The notes beneath the pieces are model-generated. The model was not told where the DNA came from. It ran no database searches and saw only the letters and a list, made by a program, of their open reading frames with translations. Shown here in pieces: positions 7,727 through 17,121 of a DNA stretch of 21,033 bases (position 1 is its first letter; every line of letters begins with the position of its first letter). Both the position numbers and the translations under genes were made by a program. The DNA is from Promethearchaeota archaeon (GTDB lineage: Archaea > Asgardarchaeota > Lokiarchaeia > Sigyniarchaeales > SOKP01): positions 1-21,033 of the forward strand of contig JAFGGO010000109.1 in the NCBI GenBank assembly GCA_016930515.1, read 5' to 3'.

Positions 7727-9616
7727 ATGCAAGTTAAAAGTACGGGAGAAAATTGGAGAAAAGAATGGGTCCAAAAGGAGATTACACCCGAGGAAGCTAT
7801 TAAAAAAATCATCCCCGGGAATCGAATCTTTATCGGGACTGGATGCGCAGAACCGCAAGCGCTCACGAAGGAGCTTATCAAGCAGTCAGAATCGCTACTC
7901 GATACGGAAATCATCCATTTCCTCACTATTTGGCCTGAAAAATATTTTACTGATAAAGAAGAAGACCTTTTTCGCCACAACGCTTTTTTTATTGGGGGTG
8001 CCTTGAGAGAAGAAATTAACAAGGGACAATCGGATTATACACCCATTTACGCGAGTGAAATCCCTGGATTATTTGTTTCGGGAAAACGGTATGTGGATGT
8101 CGCATTGGTTCAAATCACTCCCCCCGACAAGTTTGGTTTCTGTTCACTTGGCATTAATGTTGACATTTCTAAACCCATTGCCCAATCAGCTTATCTAACC
8201 ATTGCAGAAATAAATCCTCAAATGCCTCGAACTTTAGGAAGTAGCACGATTCACATGAAAGAAATTGATTATTTTGTTTACAACGATGTTCCACTCATGG
8301 AATACGAATTTAAAGAACGAGATGTTTCAGATTTAATAGGTCAAAATGTAGCAAATCTCGTAGAAAATAAATCGACCATTCATGTTGGTTTTGGAACACT
8401 TCCGAACGCTTGCTTGAAATATTTATTTGATAAAAGAGATCTTGGAATGCACAGTCATTTTCTTACCGATAACATCATCCCACTCATAGAAAAGGGCGTA
8501 CTCACGTGTCGAAAAAAAAATTTTCATCCAGAAAAAATAATTACAAGTTTCGTGCTAGGCACTAAAAAATTATATAACTTTATTAATCTAAATCCTTACA
8601 TCGAATTTTTTCCCACGGATTATGTATGCAATCCTAACATAATTAGTCAGAACAAGAAAATGGTGTCTATTTGTCAGGCTTTCGAAATCGACATTACGGG
8701 ACAAGTAAACGCATCTACCAAGGGATACAAATTCTATTCTGGTATTGGAGACAATGTGGATTTCATGCGTGGTGCGGCCTTATCAAAAGGCGGAAAACCC
8801 ATTATCGTGCTCCCCTCTACCACATTGAACGGAAAAAAATCTAAAATTGTGGCACAATTAGAAAAAGGTGCAGGTGTAATCCTACCACGAGCTGATGTGC
8901 ACTATGTAGTCACCGAATGGGGCGTTGCGAACTTGCACGGTAAAACTATTAGGGATAGGGTCTTAGCTCTTATTTGTATCGCTCACCCAAAATTTCGGCC
9001 AGAACTTTTAGAACAAGCCAAGGAATTGAATTACATTTACACGGATCAATTACTTGCTTGTGACGAAGAAGGAAATATTTGTATATACCCAAAACAATAC
9101 GAAACATCTTTTCACACGAGAGATAAGCATAAAATACATGTTCGTCCTTTAAAAACCACGGACGAGGCACCCTTAAAAGAGCTTTATTATTCCCTTAATG
9201 AAAGAGACCGATACTTACGATATTTTGAAATAAAGAAGGAATTTCTTCATTCAAAAACGCAAGACGAGGTTAACATCGATTATGAGAATGCTTTCTCAAT
9301 AGGTGCATTCGTGGGGGATTTTCCCGACCAAGAAATGATAGGTACTGCTTCGTATCACCTTAATAAAAAAATCAACATGGCTGAATTTGACTTCATAATT
9401 AAGAAACAATGGCGAGGGTACGGTCTGGGGTCATTTCTCCTTCATCACATGATCATCATCGCAAAGGAAAAAGGCGTTAAGGGCTTTTTTGGTAACATAC
9501 ACATTGAAAACAAGGATACCATTCATATTTTCAAGAAATTGGGTAACCTCAAGGTGACTCCACCAGCAGAGGGTGAAAAAGAGCTTTATTTCGAGTTAGT
9601 TTTTGAAAAGGAATAG
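7727..9616 (+). CDS. Acetyl-CoA hydrolase/CoA-transferase domain fused to a Pat-type GNAT lysine acetyltransferase
   Basis: N-terminal part: 'DVALVQITPPDKFGFCSLG', 'AEINPQMPRTLG', 'DFMRGAALSKGGKPII', 'DVHYVVTEWGVANLHGK', 'IAHPKFR'. C-terminal part: 'IHVRPL..DE..L', 'RYLRYF', 'AEF', motif A 'QWRGYGLG'. Confidence 0.92.
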   Translation: MQVKSTGENWRKEWVQKEITPEEAIKKIIPGNRIFIGTGCAEPQALTKELIKQSESLLDTEIIHFLTIWPEKYFTDKEEDLFRHNAFFIGGALREEINKGQSDYTPIYASEIPGLFVSGKRYVDVALVQITPPDKFGFCSLGINVDISKPIAQSAYLTIAEINPQMPRTLGSSTIHMKEIDYFVYNDVPLMEYEFKERDVSDLIGQNVANLVENKSTIHVGFGTLPNACLKYLFDKRDLGMHSHFLTDNIIPLIEKGVLTCRKKNFHPEKIITSFVLGTKKLYNFINLNPYIEFFPTDYVCNPNIISQNKKMVSICQAFEIDITGQVNASTKGYKFYSGIGDNVDFMRGAALSKGGKPIIVLPSTTLNGKKSKIVAQLEKGAGVILPRADVHYVVTEWGVANLHGKTIRDRVLALICIAHPKFRPELLEQAKELNYIYTDQLLACDEEGNICIYPKQYETSFHTRDKHKIHVRPLKTTDEAPLKELYYSLNERDRYLRYFEIKKEFLHSKTQDEVNIDYENAFSIGAFVGDFPDQEMIGTASYHLNKKINMAEFDFIIKKQWRGYGLGSFLLHHMIIIAKEKGVKGFFGNIHIENKDTIHIFKKLGNLKVTPPAEGEKELYFELVFEKE

Positions 9617-9657
9617 GTTAAAAACTTTTGATATTTTACAAATTATGAGATAAAGAG

Positions 9658-10857
9658 ATGACCAACTATAATGTGGGTCTTTATTTCACGGACGAATATT
9701 ACGAGTACAACTTCGGAAATACGCACCCTTTAAGACCGCTAAGATTGGAGCTAACATATAGCTTGATTAAGAAACTGGGCTTGCTCGAAAACAAGTTACT
9801 CCATGTCTTTAAACCGCGCCATTGCACAGAAGAAGAATTAACGAGAGTTCATTCGCCCAATTATGTTCAGGTCATTCAAAAGCTCAGCGTTGATCCAAAC
9901 GATACATCGGTTAGACCTTATAGTTATGGATTGGGTCCAGGAGACAATCCTATTTTCAAGGGCATGTACGAATCGTCGACGTTAATCTGTGGAGCGAGTC
10001 TACAAGCGGCAGAAAAGGTTTTTCTTGACGAAGAATATCCAATTACTTTCAACCCAGCTGGCGGACTACATCACGCAATGCGAAATCACGCATCGGGTTT
10101 TTGCATATTTAACGACATTGGCGTTGCGATCGCCCATCTTAAAACATTAAAAGAAGATATAAAAATTGCATATTTGGATATCGATTGCCACCATGGTGAT
10201 GGCGTTCAATGGATGTTTTACGACGATCCGAATGTTCTTACCATATCCTACCACGAAGACGGAAGGTATTTATTTCCTGGGACAGGAACGATTGAAGAAA
10301 CAGGGAAGAACAGTGGTGCAGGGTTTTCAATTAACTTTCCTCTCCAGCGATGGACTACGGATAAGATTTTTCTTAATTTATTCAGGGGAACATTTCCTAA
10401 GATCCTTGAAACCTACCAACCGGACATTCTCATATCCCAACTTGGAGTTGATACGCACCATCTTGACCCGCTCACTCAAATGGGCTTATCACTCTCCGTA
10501 TATCCCGATATTGCCCAGACTATTAAAACCACGGCAAAAGAATATGCTTATAATCGTTGGCTTGCATTGGGTGGAGGCGGTTATCTAATGAGCGTTGTAC
10601 CGCGAGCATGGGCTCTATTTTTGGCAAAAATGCTCGATGTTGAGTTGGAAAATAAACTTCCAGAGGAATGGTATCAAGAATTTAAAAATAAAGTGCCTTT
10701 TGAAAAAGCACCCTTTTATTTATGGGACAGGGCCGACGAGATCCAGAGAAAAATGCTAGCCGATCCCGAAATAGCTCAAAAAATGGTTGAACATAGGAAC
10801 ACTCTAATAAAGATTTGTGAAGAAAAATACATTCCTGCAATAATCTCGCATAGGTAA
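9658..10857 (+). CDS. acuC: AcuC/HDAC-family Zn-dependent protein deacetylase
   Basis: 'HPLRPLRL', 'GPGDNP', 'AGGLHHA', 'SGFCIFND', 'DIDCHHGDG', 'LFPGTG', 'QLGVDTH..DPL', 'GGGGY'. Starts 41 bp after the GNAT fusion on the same strand. Confidence 0.92.
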   Translation: MTNYNVGLYFTDEYYEYNFGNTHPLRPLRLELTYSLIKKLGLLENKLLHVFKPRHCTEEELTRVHSPNYVQVIQKLSVDPNDTSVRPYSYGLGPGDNPIFKGMYESSTLICGASLQAAEKVFLDEEYPITFNPAGGLHHAMRNHASGFCIFNDIGVAIAHLKTLKEDIKIAYLDIDCHHGDGVQWMFYDDPNVLTISYHEDGRYLFPGTGTIEETGKNSGAGFSINFPLQRWTTDKIFLNLFRGTFPKILETYQPDILISQLGVDTHHLDPLTQMGLSLSVYPDIAQTIKTTAKEYAYNRWLALGGGGYLMSVVPRAWALFLAKMLDVELENKLPEEWYQEFKNKVPFEKAPFYLWDRADEIQRKMLADPEIAQKMVEHRNTLIKICEEKYIPAIISHR

Positions 10858-10877
10858 ATTTCTTGATAGGATTTGGT

Positions 10878-12305
10878 TTAAATTAAATCTAATTTTTGCA
10901 TTTTACGCTCGCAAATTTTAACTATTTCTACTGATTTCTCCATTGATTTTGTCGATTCACCCGAAATTCTTAAATATGGGCTTGTGCCTGAGCGACGTAT
11001 TAAAATCCAACCGTCTTCGTAATCAAAACGACATCCGTCCATTCTATTTACATTAATCAATTTTTTTCCCAGGTAATCGAAGGTTAAGGTCATTTCTTCA
11101 ATAATTTTTTTATTAACTTCTTCCGTAAACGGAATGTCTTGCTTGAGCTTGATGGCTTTACGGTAAAAAGGGTATTCTGGAATGTCTTTTAAGAGCTCGC
11201 CTAAAGTTTTTTCCGTGTCGCAAAGCATTTGCAAAATTGTTGCTATTGTTACGATTGAGTCTGGTCCGTAGTGATATCTTGGCCATATATATGTCCCTGA
11301 ATTTTCACCTCCCAAGAATCCGCCATTTTCTTTCAAGGCACAAGCTACTTTAATGTCTCCTACTTCGGTTCTAATAATTTGGCAACCTAATGGCGTTAAA
11401 ATGTCTTCTAACAAGCTAGAGGAATTAATGGGTGTGACGACTTTTAAATCCTCTTTTTTTATCTTAGATTTGTTTTTCTCAATGTAATCTTTTGCCAACA
11501 AGGCTAGTAGGCGTATGGGGTCGATTATTTCTCCAGATTCATCAAGAAATATAACCCTATCAGCGTCTCCATCTAAGGCGATACCTATGTCTTTTTGATC
11601 GGATATTTTTAAAAATTGGGATATTTTTTTCAAATTTTTCTCGCTTGGTTCCGAATATCTCCCTGGAAACCTTCCGTCCATTTGCGCATTAAGCGTGGTA
11701 ACGTTTACATCGTAAGTACCTAACAATTTAGGGACTATCTCGCAGCTTGATCCGTTACCTGGATCAACAATCACATTTAGCTTACAGCCGTCGAATTTAA
11801 TACGCTTGGTAATATCTAAAATATGCGTGTCGTTGATATCATTCACATGTGTTATTTTACCAATTTCGTCCCACCGAGTATTAATAAAGCACTTATCTGT
11901 ATAGATGCGTTCTATTTCTTCTTCCTGTTCTGGGGTAAATCCCAAACCAGAAGGATTCCATAATTTCAACCCGATATATTCTGGAGTGTTATGAGACGCG
12001 GTGATCATTACACCAGCGTCGGCTCTGAGATATCTTAGAGATATGGCTAAAGTGGGAGTGGTCACGATTCCTAAGGTAACGACTTTACATCCCGCGCTTA
12101 CGCATCCTGCAATTAACGAGTGTTCAATTGGCAATGCCGACATCCGAATGTCTTTGCCGATAACTATTGTTCCGACACCTCCTAAATATGTTCCAAGAGC
12201 TAAACCCACATCCAAGGACATGTGGGGTGTAAACATGACATCCGATTCGCTATAATTTTGAAACACTCTTCTTATTCCTGCCGTACCAAACATGTTTGTA
12301 GTCAT
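10878..12305 (-). CDS. Alpha-D-phosphohexomutase (phosphoglucosamine mutase / PMM-PGM)
   Basis: 'FGTAGIR', phosphoserine loop 'ITASHN', metal loop 'DGDADR', 'GGENSG', 'LIRRSGTSP'. Substrate specificity cannot be resolved from sequence alone. Confidence 0.93.
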   Translation of the reverse strand: MTTNMFGTAGIRRVFQNYSESDVMFTPHMSLDVGLALGTYLGGVGTIVIGKDIRMSALPIEHSLIAGCVSAGCKVVTLGIVTTPTLAISLRYLRADAGVMITASHNTPEYIGLKLWNPSGLGFTPEQEEEIERIYTDKCFINTRWDEIGKITHVNDINDTHILDITKRIKFDGCKLNVIVDPGNGSSCEIVPKLLGTYDVNVTTLNAQMDGRFPGRYSEPSEKNLKKISQFLKISDQKDIGIALDGDADRVIFLDESGEIIDPIRLLALLAKDYIEKNKSKIKKEDLKVVTPINSSSLLEDILTPLGCQIIRTEVGDIKVACALKENGGFLGGENSGTYIWPRYHYGPDSIVTIATILQMLCDTEKTLGELLKDIPEYPFYRKAIKLKQDIPFTEEVNKKIIEEMTLTFDYLGKKLINVNRMDGCRFDYEDGWILIRRSGTSPYLRISGESTKSMEKSVEIVKICERKMQKLDLI

Positions 12306-12466
12306 GATAATTTCATTTCTGGTTGTCTTTATAAAGGGAACATGCTATTTATTAAAAACACATCCTTTTTTTAATATGCATATCTAAGTTTATATTTCAA
12401 ATAAATATGTTCTTGTTTTATTTCGAGTTCTTAAAATATATCAAGAAAGATATTTTATATTGCAAG

Positions 12467-12582
12467 TGCGGAATCCGTCCCTCGGCAGCTTGAAAACGAC
12501 GGATTCCGTCGGGAAAGCGCGGGGAAAAGTGCGAAAAGCGCGAAAATCCCCCAGTAGGTACTTATTTGACCTTTTTCGCACT
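12467..12582. promoter_or_regulatory. GC-rich intergenic cluster of palindromes and inverted repeats (operator array or structured RNA)
   Basis: TGCGGAATCCGTC 12467-12479; perfect GACGGA-T-TCCGTC 12498-12510; GGGGA...TCCCC; AGTGCGAAAA 12528-12537 paired with TTTTCGCACT 12573-12582. Confidence 0.5.
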
Positions 12583-12833
12583 ATTCATTATAAAAGTGAT
12601 CGATCTCGATATAAAATCTATTTTTCTATTACTATTATAGTGTAATCAATATCAAGTCTATATCTTGATTTAAACGAAATTAAATACTTAACCAGTCAAA
12701 AATGATCCTATCTCGTACATTATTTGTTACCGAAATGATCACGATAAAGACGGATTTCGGAAATATTTATATAGTTACTTTCCCAATAAAATCATAGAGT
12801 ACTAAAAAAAATAAAATCTTGGTGAGAAAAAAA

Positions 12834-13085
12834 ATGGAAAAAAATGAAAAAATTTTCGAACAATACGAAAATATCAGGCAGGCGCTTTCTGGACTTGGGG
12901 AAATTTTGAAAATCAATTTTAACGAGAAAGATTTTTATTATCAAGCAGGAATGGACAATCTAAAAGCGTTGCACGAAAATGTCGTGGAAATGATGAGGCA
13001 TGTCAGCTCTCCTCGAGAAGTGAGAATTAAATTGCGAGAAATGGAGTGCGATGATCTAGAAGCAAATGAACCTTTTCCATTTTAA
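12834..13085 (+). CDS. Small acidic helical hypothetical protein (paralogue of 19271..19606)
   Basis: GGTGA SD at 12821-12825 before ATG 12834; TTTATATA at 12766-12773; ungapped similarity to 19271..19606. Confidence 0.85.
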   Translation: MEKNEKIFEQYENIRQALSGLGEILKINFNEKDFYYQAGMDNLKALHENVVEMMRHVSSPREVRIKLREMECDDLEANEPFPF

Positions 13086-13303
13086 ATTCATTTATTTATT
13101 TTATACCATCCTTTTCCTATTCATATTTATTAATTCATTTTCAACATGATTTCTTGAATTATATCACATCTTAGCTTAAATTATGATGTTATATCTTCCA
13201 AGATTAATTTTAAGATAATAATTAGATAAAAATCAAAGTAAATGCTTTAAGCATAAAAAATTAAGATGTTGATATTAAGCTTATTTAAAACTTAAAAGCA
13301 GTT

Positions 13304-13639
13304 TCAAAAAATTAGAAGTTCTTTTTTAAGAGATATGTTGAGATCGTTCCTTTCTTCTTTCGTCAAGTTAATTTGATCGTCCCAAATAGATGTGAAGGTA
13401 TCAGAGGGAATGTTTTGAGACAATGCGTTCAAGACAATAATAGCATTAGTGATGATATCTTTCAAGTTGTCATCGCGTTTGAGATCGTTCATGAGCTCGA
13501 TGATTTTCCGCGCCATCCATATATCGACTTCTATAGAGTTCCTGTCTTCGTTGTGAAAATATTCCATTATTTCGTCAAAACATCTTAGTTCATAGGTATC
13601 GTAGTTTACAGTTGTTTGAATGTTTTTTGTATTATTCAT
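13304..13639 (-). CDS. Small acidic helical hypothetical protein
   Basis: 111-aa ORF with SD-like AGGGATGA upstream of the ATG and TATA-like TTTATTAA at 13692-13685. Confidence 0.8.
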   Translation of the reverse strand: MNNTKNIQTTVNYDTYELRCFDEIMEYFHNEDRNSIEVDIWMARKIIELMNDLKRDDNLKDIITNAIIVLNALSQNIPSDTFTSIWDDQINLTKEERNDLNISLKKELLIF

Positions 13640-13713
13640 GTATCATCCCTTTTAATACCTCTAATTCAACAACTGTTGTAACCCTTAATAAACGGTGTAC
13701 AATTTTGTGAAAA

Positions 13714-13732
13714 TCTGTAGCAATGCTACAGA
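13714..13732. promoter_or_regulatory. Palindromic putative transcription-factor site
   Basis: TCTGTAGCA-A-TGCTACAGA, perfect 9-bp arms, about 22 bp upstream of the TATA-like box of 13304..13639. Confidence 0.6.
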
Positions 13733-13815
13733 ATTTTTATCAAAAAAAGACTATTTTGTACATAACTTGAGCTTGTTGATTTGATTAAAATTAGTAGATA
13801 ATAAAACAGATATAT

Positions 13816-14889
13816 TTATTTTTTTAAGGTGTATAATTCTCCTGATATTTTTTCTAAATTGTCACCAAAAGTTTGAATAACGATTCCTCGTTCAATTCTA
13901 TTCGATTCTTCAAGAATTATAAATTGAAAGGATAAATCTTCTTCGCTTTCTATCCGAATCCATCGAAAATTCTGGAATAATTTCAATAGTTTAGCATTTA
14001 TAAGTTCCAGATTTATCGATTTTCCAAGTAATTTAATTTTCGATTGAACGAATTCGATCCCAGATTTAATGTCTAAAAAAGAAATAATTGTTTTATTAAA
14101 TAAATGAGCGTTTAGCCAAGAGTATTCTGGAAGATCGTCGATCAAATGTTCGTATCTCACGAATTTTGCCATGTTATTAGTACTGAGCTCTAATCTTTCT
14201 CTTAGTTTTAATTTTGTTTCGCGAAATAAAAATGTCTCTTCGCAATCAATTCTCGAGTAATTTTTCATATACGCAGTATTTATTATTTTTAATCCTGCTA
14301 ATCCTGCGATTGCAGATAAAGCTTTTGAATATTCGTAGTGCAAATTCTCGTAGATCCCCTCGTATTCAAATATATGCCTTTCGTTGCTTTGATAATAGTT
14401 GAGATGTTTGGCAATCTTGTTTTGACGGACGAATTCTCCAAATCGCTCCGTCATAATTTTGATTGCCTTTCTTATGGTTTGATCTGTTTCAAAGGATGCT
14501 CCTTGCATTAAAAAACTCCTGAAAGCCAAGTACAGCTTCATTACATTGTTGCTTAATAGAAAATATTTGTTATATCTTACCGACTCTTCGGCTTGATCGA
14601 TTAAAGCCTTATATGTTAAATTATCGTAAAAATCATTTACCTCTTTATCAACAATCCTATCCAAGTCTTCTAATGTTTTTTCTTTTTCGAATATTTCCAT
14701 TAATTTTTCTAAAGAATAATGAATGAAAGAAGACACGCTTTTGTATCTCTTGTCATTTGGATCTTCTGCTTGTTTTTTTTTTATATATCTCTTGATCCAA
14801 TCGGTTAGAGCGTGAGAAGTGGAAAACGACATTTTCACATTTTTTTTTTCCGACAAGAAATTTTTAGATGGCAATAGTTGATCATTCAC
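13816..14889 (-). CDS. Putative ribbon-helix-helix transcription regulator with large C-terminal domain
   Basis: N-terminal 'NVKMSFSTSHALTDWIKRY...YKSVSSFIHYSLEKLM' fits the strand-helix-helix RHH pattern. The remainder is unassigned. Confidence 0.6.
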   Translation of the reverse strand: MNDQLLPSKNFLSEKKNVKMSFSTSHALTDWIKRYIKKKQAEDPNDKRYKSVSSFIHYSLEKLMEIFEKEKTLEDLDRIVDKEVNDFYDNLTYKALIDQAEESVRYNKYFLLSNNVMKLYLAFRSFLMQGASFETDQTIRKAIKIMTERFGEFVRQNKIAKHLNYYQSNERHIFEYEGIYENLHYEYSKALSAIAGLAGLKIINTAYMKNYSRIDCEETFLFRETKLKLRERLELSTNNMAKFVRYEHLIDDLPEYSWLNAHLFNKTIISFLDIKSGIEFVQSKIKLLGKSINLELINAKLLKLFQNFRWIRIESEEDLSFQFIILEESNRIERGIVIQTFGDNLEKISGELYTLKK

Positions 14890-15244
14890 GAATACATTTT
14901 AATTGTTATTAAAAATAAAGAAAGCTATAATTATTTAATATTTTCTTTTTATTTTGAGTTATTGAAGAACAAATTTCTGTACGAGTAAAATTTATACTAA
15001 ATTTAACTTAATAAGTCTTTAATGATATTTTAAAAGAGCATTTATGTTTAGGAAATCGAATATCAAGATTTAAAAATAAATAAATCACTATAAACAAAAA
15101 GATGGGATATTTTTTTAATAGTATCTTTAAATCATTATACTTCCAATCACGGACTTAAAAAAGGTAGGGAGAAAGAGGTAAAAACCAGGGCACCTTATTT
15201 TTTTGGCGTTTAATTAGTTCAATAAATATTAATATAAGTTGATT

Positions 15245-16261
15245 TTACATTTTTTCTAATTCTTGAGGGAGATAATTAAAATTCTCGTAAAACCTCTTTT
15301 TCACATCGTCTAAGGTATATTGGTGTGTTTGAGCTCCCTTCGTTTCAATCACGAAGGACCCAATTACAGAACCTAATCGGCAGGAATCCAATAAGGTCAT
15401 GTCAAGGCTTAAACCAGTTAATAATCCCGCTCGATAACCGTCCCCTGCACCCGTGGTGTCCTCAATCTTCTCAGGCTTACAAATTGGGATTTTCGCTTTA
15501 TATATTTCTCCCCTATCATCTCTATACATGAGCGTTGAACCTTCTCCGCCTTGAGTTATGATAACTGCCTTGATGTGTTTTAAAAGTTCTCCTTCAGAAA
15601 GTTCTGTCTTTTGAGTAATTTGCTCAATTTCATAAGTATTTCCAATTAAGATCTCGGAATGATTTAGGATGTCCAACAAAATATCTTTAGGGAAAAGAGG
15701 TGTTACTTGTCCAGGATCAAATATTTGTGGGATCTTGAGATCTTTAAGTTGTAGTGCAAAATTGGTCATGGCTTCGACGCTTTGCGTGGAATTAATGGCG
15801 TAAAGGAAATTTTCGGGATCGTTCACCTTTTCTTTTAGGTTAATGTCGGTACATTTTTCCATTGCACCTCCGTGAAATATGATCATTTGATTGGCTTTCA
15901 CATCGTTCACGATATAGCATGCTGCAGTAAATAAATTGTCGTATACATCAATACCGAGTATGATGTTGTTAAATTGGGACATGTGATCCTTGTACCCTAA
16001 ACCTTTAAAATCCTTGCCCACTGAGCCAAAAAGGTGCACGCTTGCGATGTTTAAAACGCCCAAATTGTAAGATATGTTCCCTGCCGTTCCCCCAAAAAAT
16101 TGCGTGCGACTATTAGCCGTTACCGTGCTTTGGAACTCTTCTTTTTCGAGGTTTATTGATACGGCGTTAATGAAGTTTTCCTCAAAACCCATGAGATAGT
16201 CAAACGCAATCGACCCTAACACTAAAATCTTATTTTTTTGCATTGATAAATCCTGTTGCAT
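15245..16261 (-). CDS. PfkB-family carbohydrate/nucleoside kinase
   Basis: 'GSIAFDY', 'GGTAGNISY', 'FDPGQ', 'N.YE', anion hole 'DTTGAGDGYRAG'. Confidence 0.92.
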   Translation of the reverse strand: MQQDLSMQKNKILVLGSIAFDYLMGFEENFINAVSINLEKEEFQSTVTANSRTQFFGGTAGNISYNLGVLNIASVHLFGSVGKDFKGLGYKDHMSQFNNIILGIDVYDNLFTAACYIVNDVKANQMIIFHGGAMEKCTDINLKEKVNDPENFLYAINSTQSVEAMTNFALQLKDLKIPQIFDPGQVTPLFPKDILLDILNHSEILIGNTYEIEQITQKTELSEGELLKHIKAVIITQGGEGSTLMYRDDRGEIYKAKIPICKPEKIEDTTGAGDGYRAGLLTGLSLDMTLLDSCRLGSVIGSFVIETKGAQTHQYTLDDVKKRFYENFNYLPQELEKM

Positions 16262-16375
16262 GTAATAACTATTAATTACTGATAATCATCAATGATGATT
16301 CGAATAAATATTTTCTTTTTGACTTATAATTGAAAGCAATTATTATTTTATGTCAGCATTAATTTTCCTGCAAGA

Positions 16376-17005
16376 ATGAACGAACTTGTAGCATCTGTTG
16401 AGCAATTAAAAAGCGACGAAGAAGTAAGCGCATTGATAAAGACGAGAATGGAAGAATTCCAATCAATAAAAACTTCTTCACGTGAGAATATTTTCAAGGA
16501 ATTGTGTTTTTGCGTGATGACAGCAAATTGCGGGGCTGAAAAGTGTCTTGAAGTTCATGAAAACATCGGAAATGGTTTTATTAATTACTCCGAAAAAAAA
16601 TTAGCTCAAAAATTAAAGCAATTCGGTTATAGATTTCCTAATATTCGAGCCAAATATATAGTGGAAAATCGTCCTTTCATTGAGGCACTTTACGAACTGC
16701 TCAAATCAGAGCAAAGCGATAAGGAAAAAAGAGCATGGATCGTTAAAAACATTAAAGGTTTGGGACTCAAGGAAGGGAGTCACTTTCTTAGGAATATTGG
16801 TTTTTTAAACTGTGCTATTGTTGATTTTCACATCGTAGATCTCTTAGTAGATTACGGACTAATACAAAAACCAAAAACAATGACAAAAACTGCCTACTTA
16901 GAAATTGAATGCGTTTTAGAACAATTAGCTCTCGAAACTCATCTATGTTTAGCCGATTTAGATTTATACTTGTGGTATATGGAGACAGGGAAAATTTTAA
17001 AGTAG
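16376..17005 (+). CDS. ogg: 8-oxoguanine DNA N-glycosylase/AP lyase (Ogg2 type)
   Basis: 'FKELCFCVMTAN', 'GYRFPNIRAKYI', HhH 'IKGLGLKEGSHFLRNIG', 'AIVDFH', C-terminal 'DLYLWYMETGKILK'. Confidence 0.93.
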   Translation: MNELVASVEQLKSDEEVSALIKTRMEEFQSIKTSSRENIFKELCFCVMTANCGAEKCLEVHENIGNGFINYSEKKLAQKLKQFGYRFPNIRAKYIVENRPFIEALYELLKSEQSDKEKRAWIVKNIKGLGLKEGSHFLRNIGFLNCAIVDFHIVDLLVDYGLIQKPKTMTKTAYLEIECVLEQLALETHLCLADLDLYLWYMETGKILK

Positions 17006-17121
17006 TATTTTAACGATTTTTTTATAAATCAAACTATAAAACATTTGGTATTATACGATTTTCAACCAGATTTTTAAGGAATTGCGTTTTTAACATATAA
17101 TATTAACTCGATCGTGCAAAA

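Noticed and set aside
12467-12582. tRNA, known riboswitch or replication-origin ORB boxes
   Set aside because: No cloverleaf or T-loop, no riboswitch consensus I recognise, no ORB consensus and no adjacent cdc6/orc1.
12460-12645. 61-aa ORF across the GC-rich element
   Set aside because: TTG start, no SD, and the low-complexity K/R/A/G peptide is explained by the DNA repeats.
16813-16833. Ogg 'AIVDFH' instead of the more usual 'DRH'
   Set aside because: Catalytic Lys and Asp and the C-terminal Lys are retained; probably ordinary family variation.
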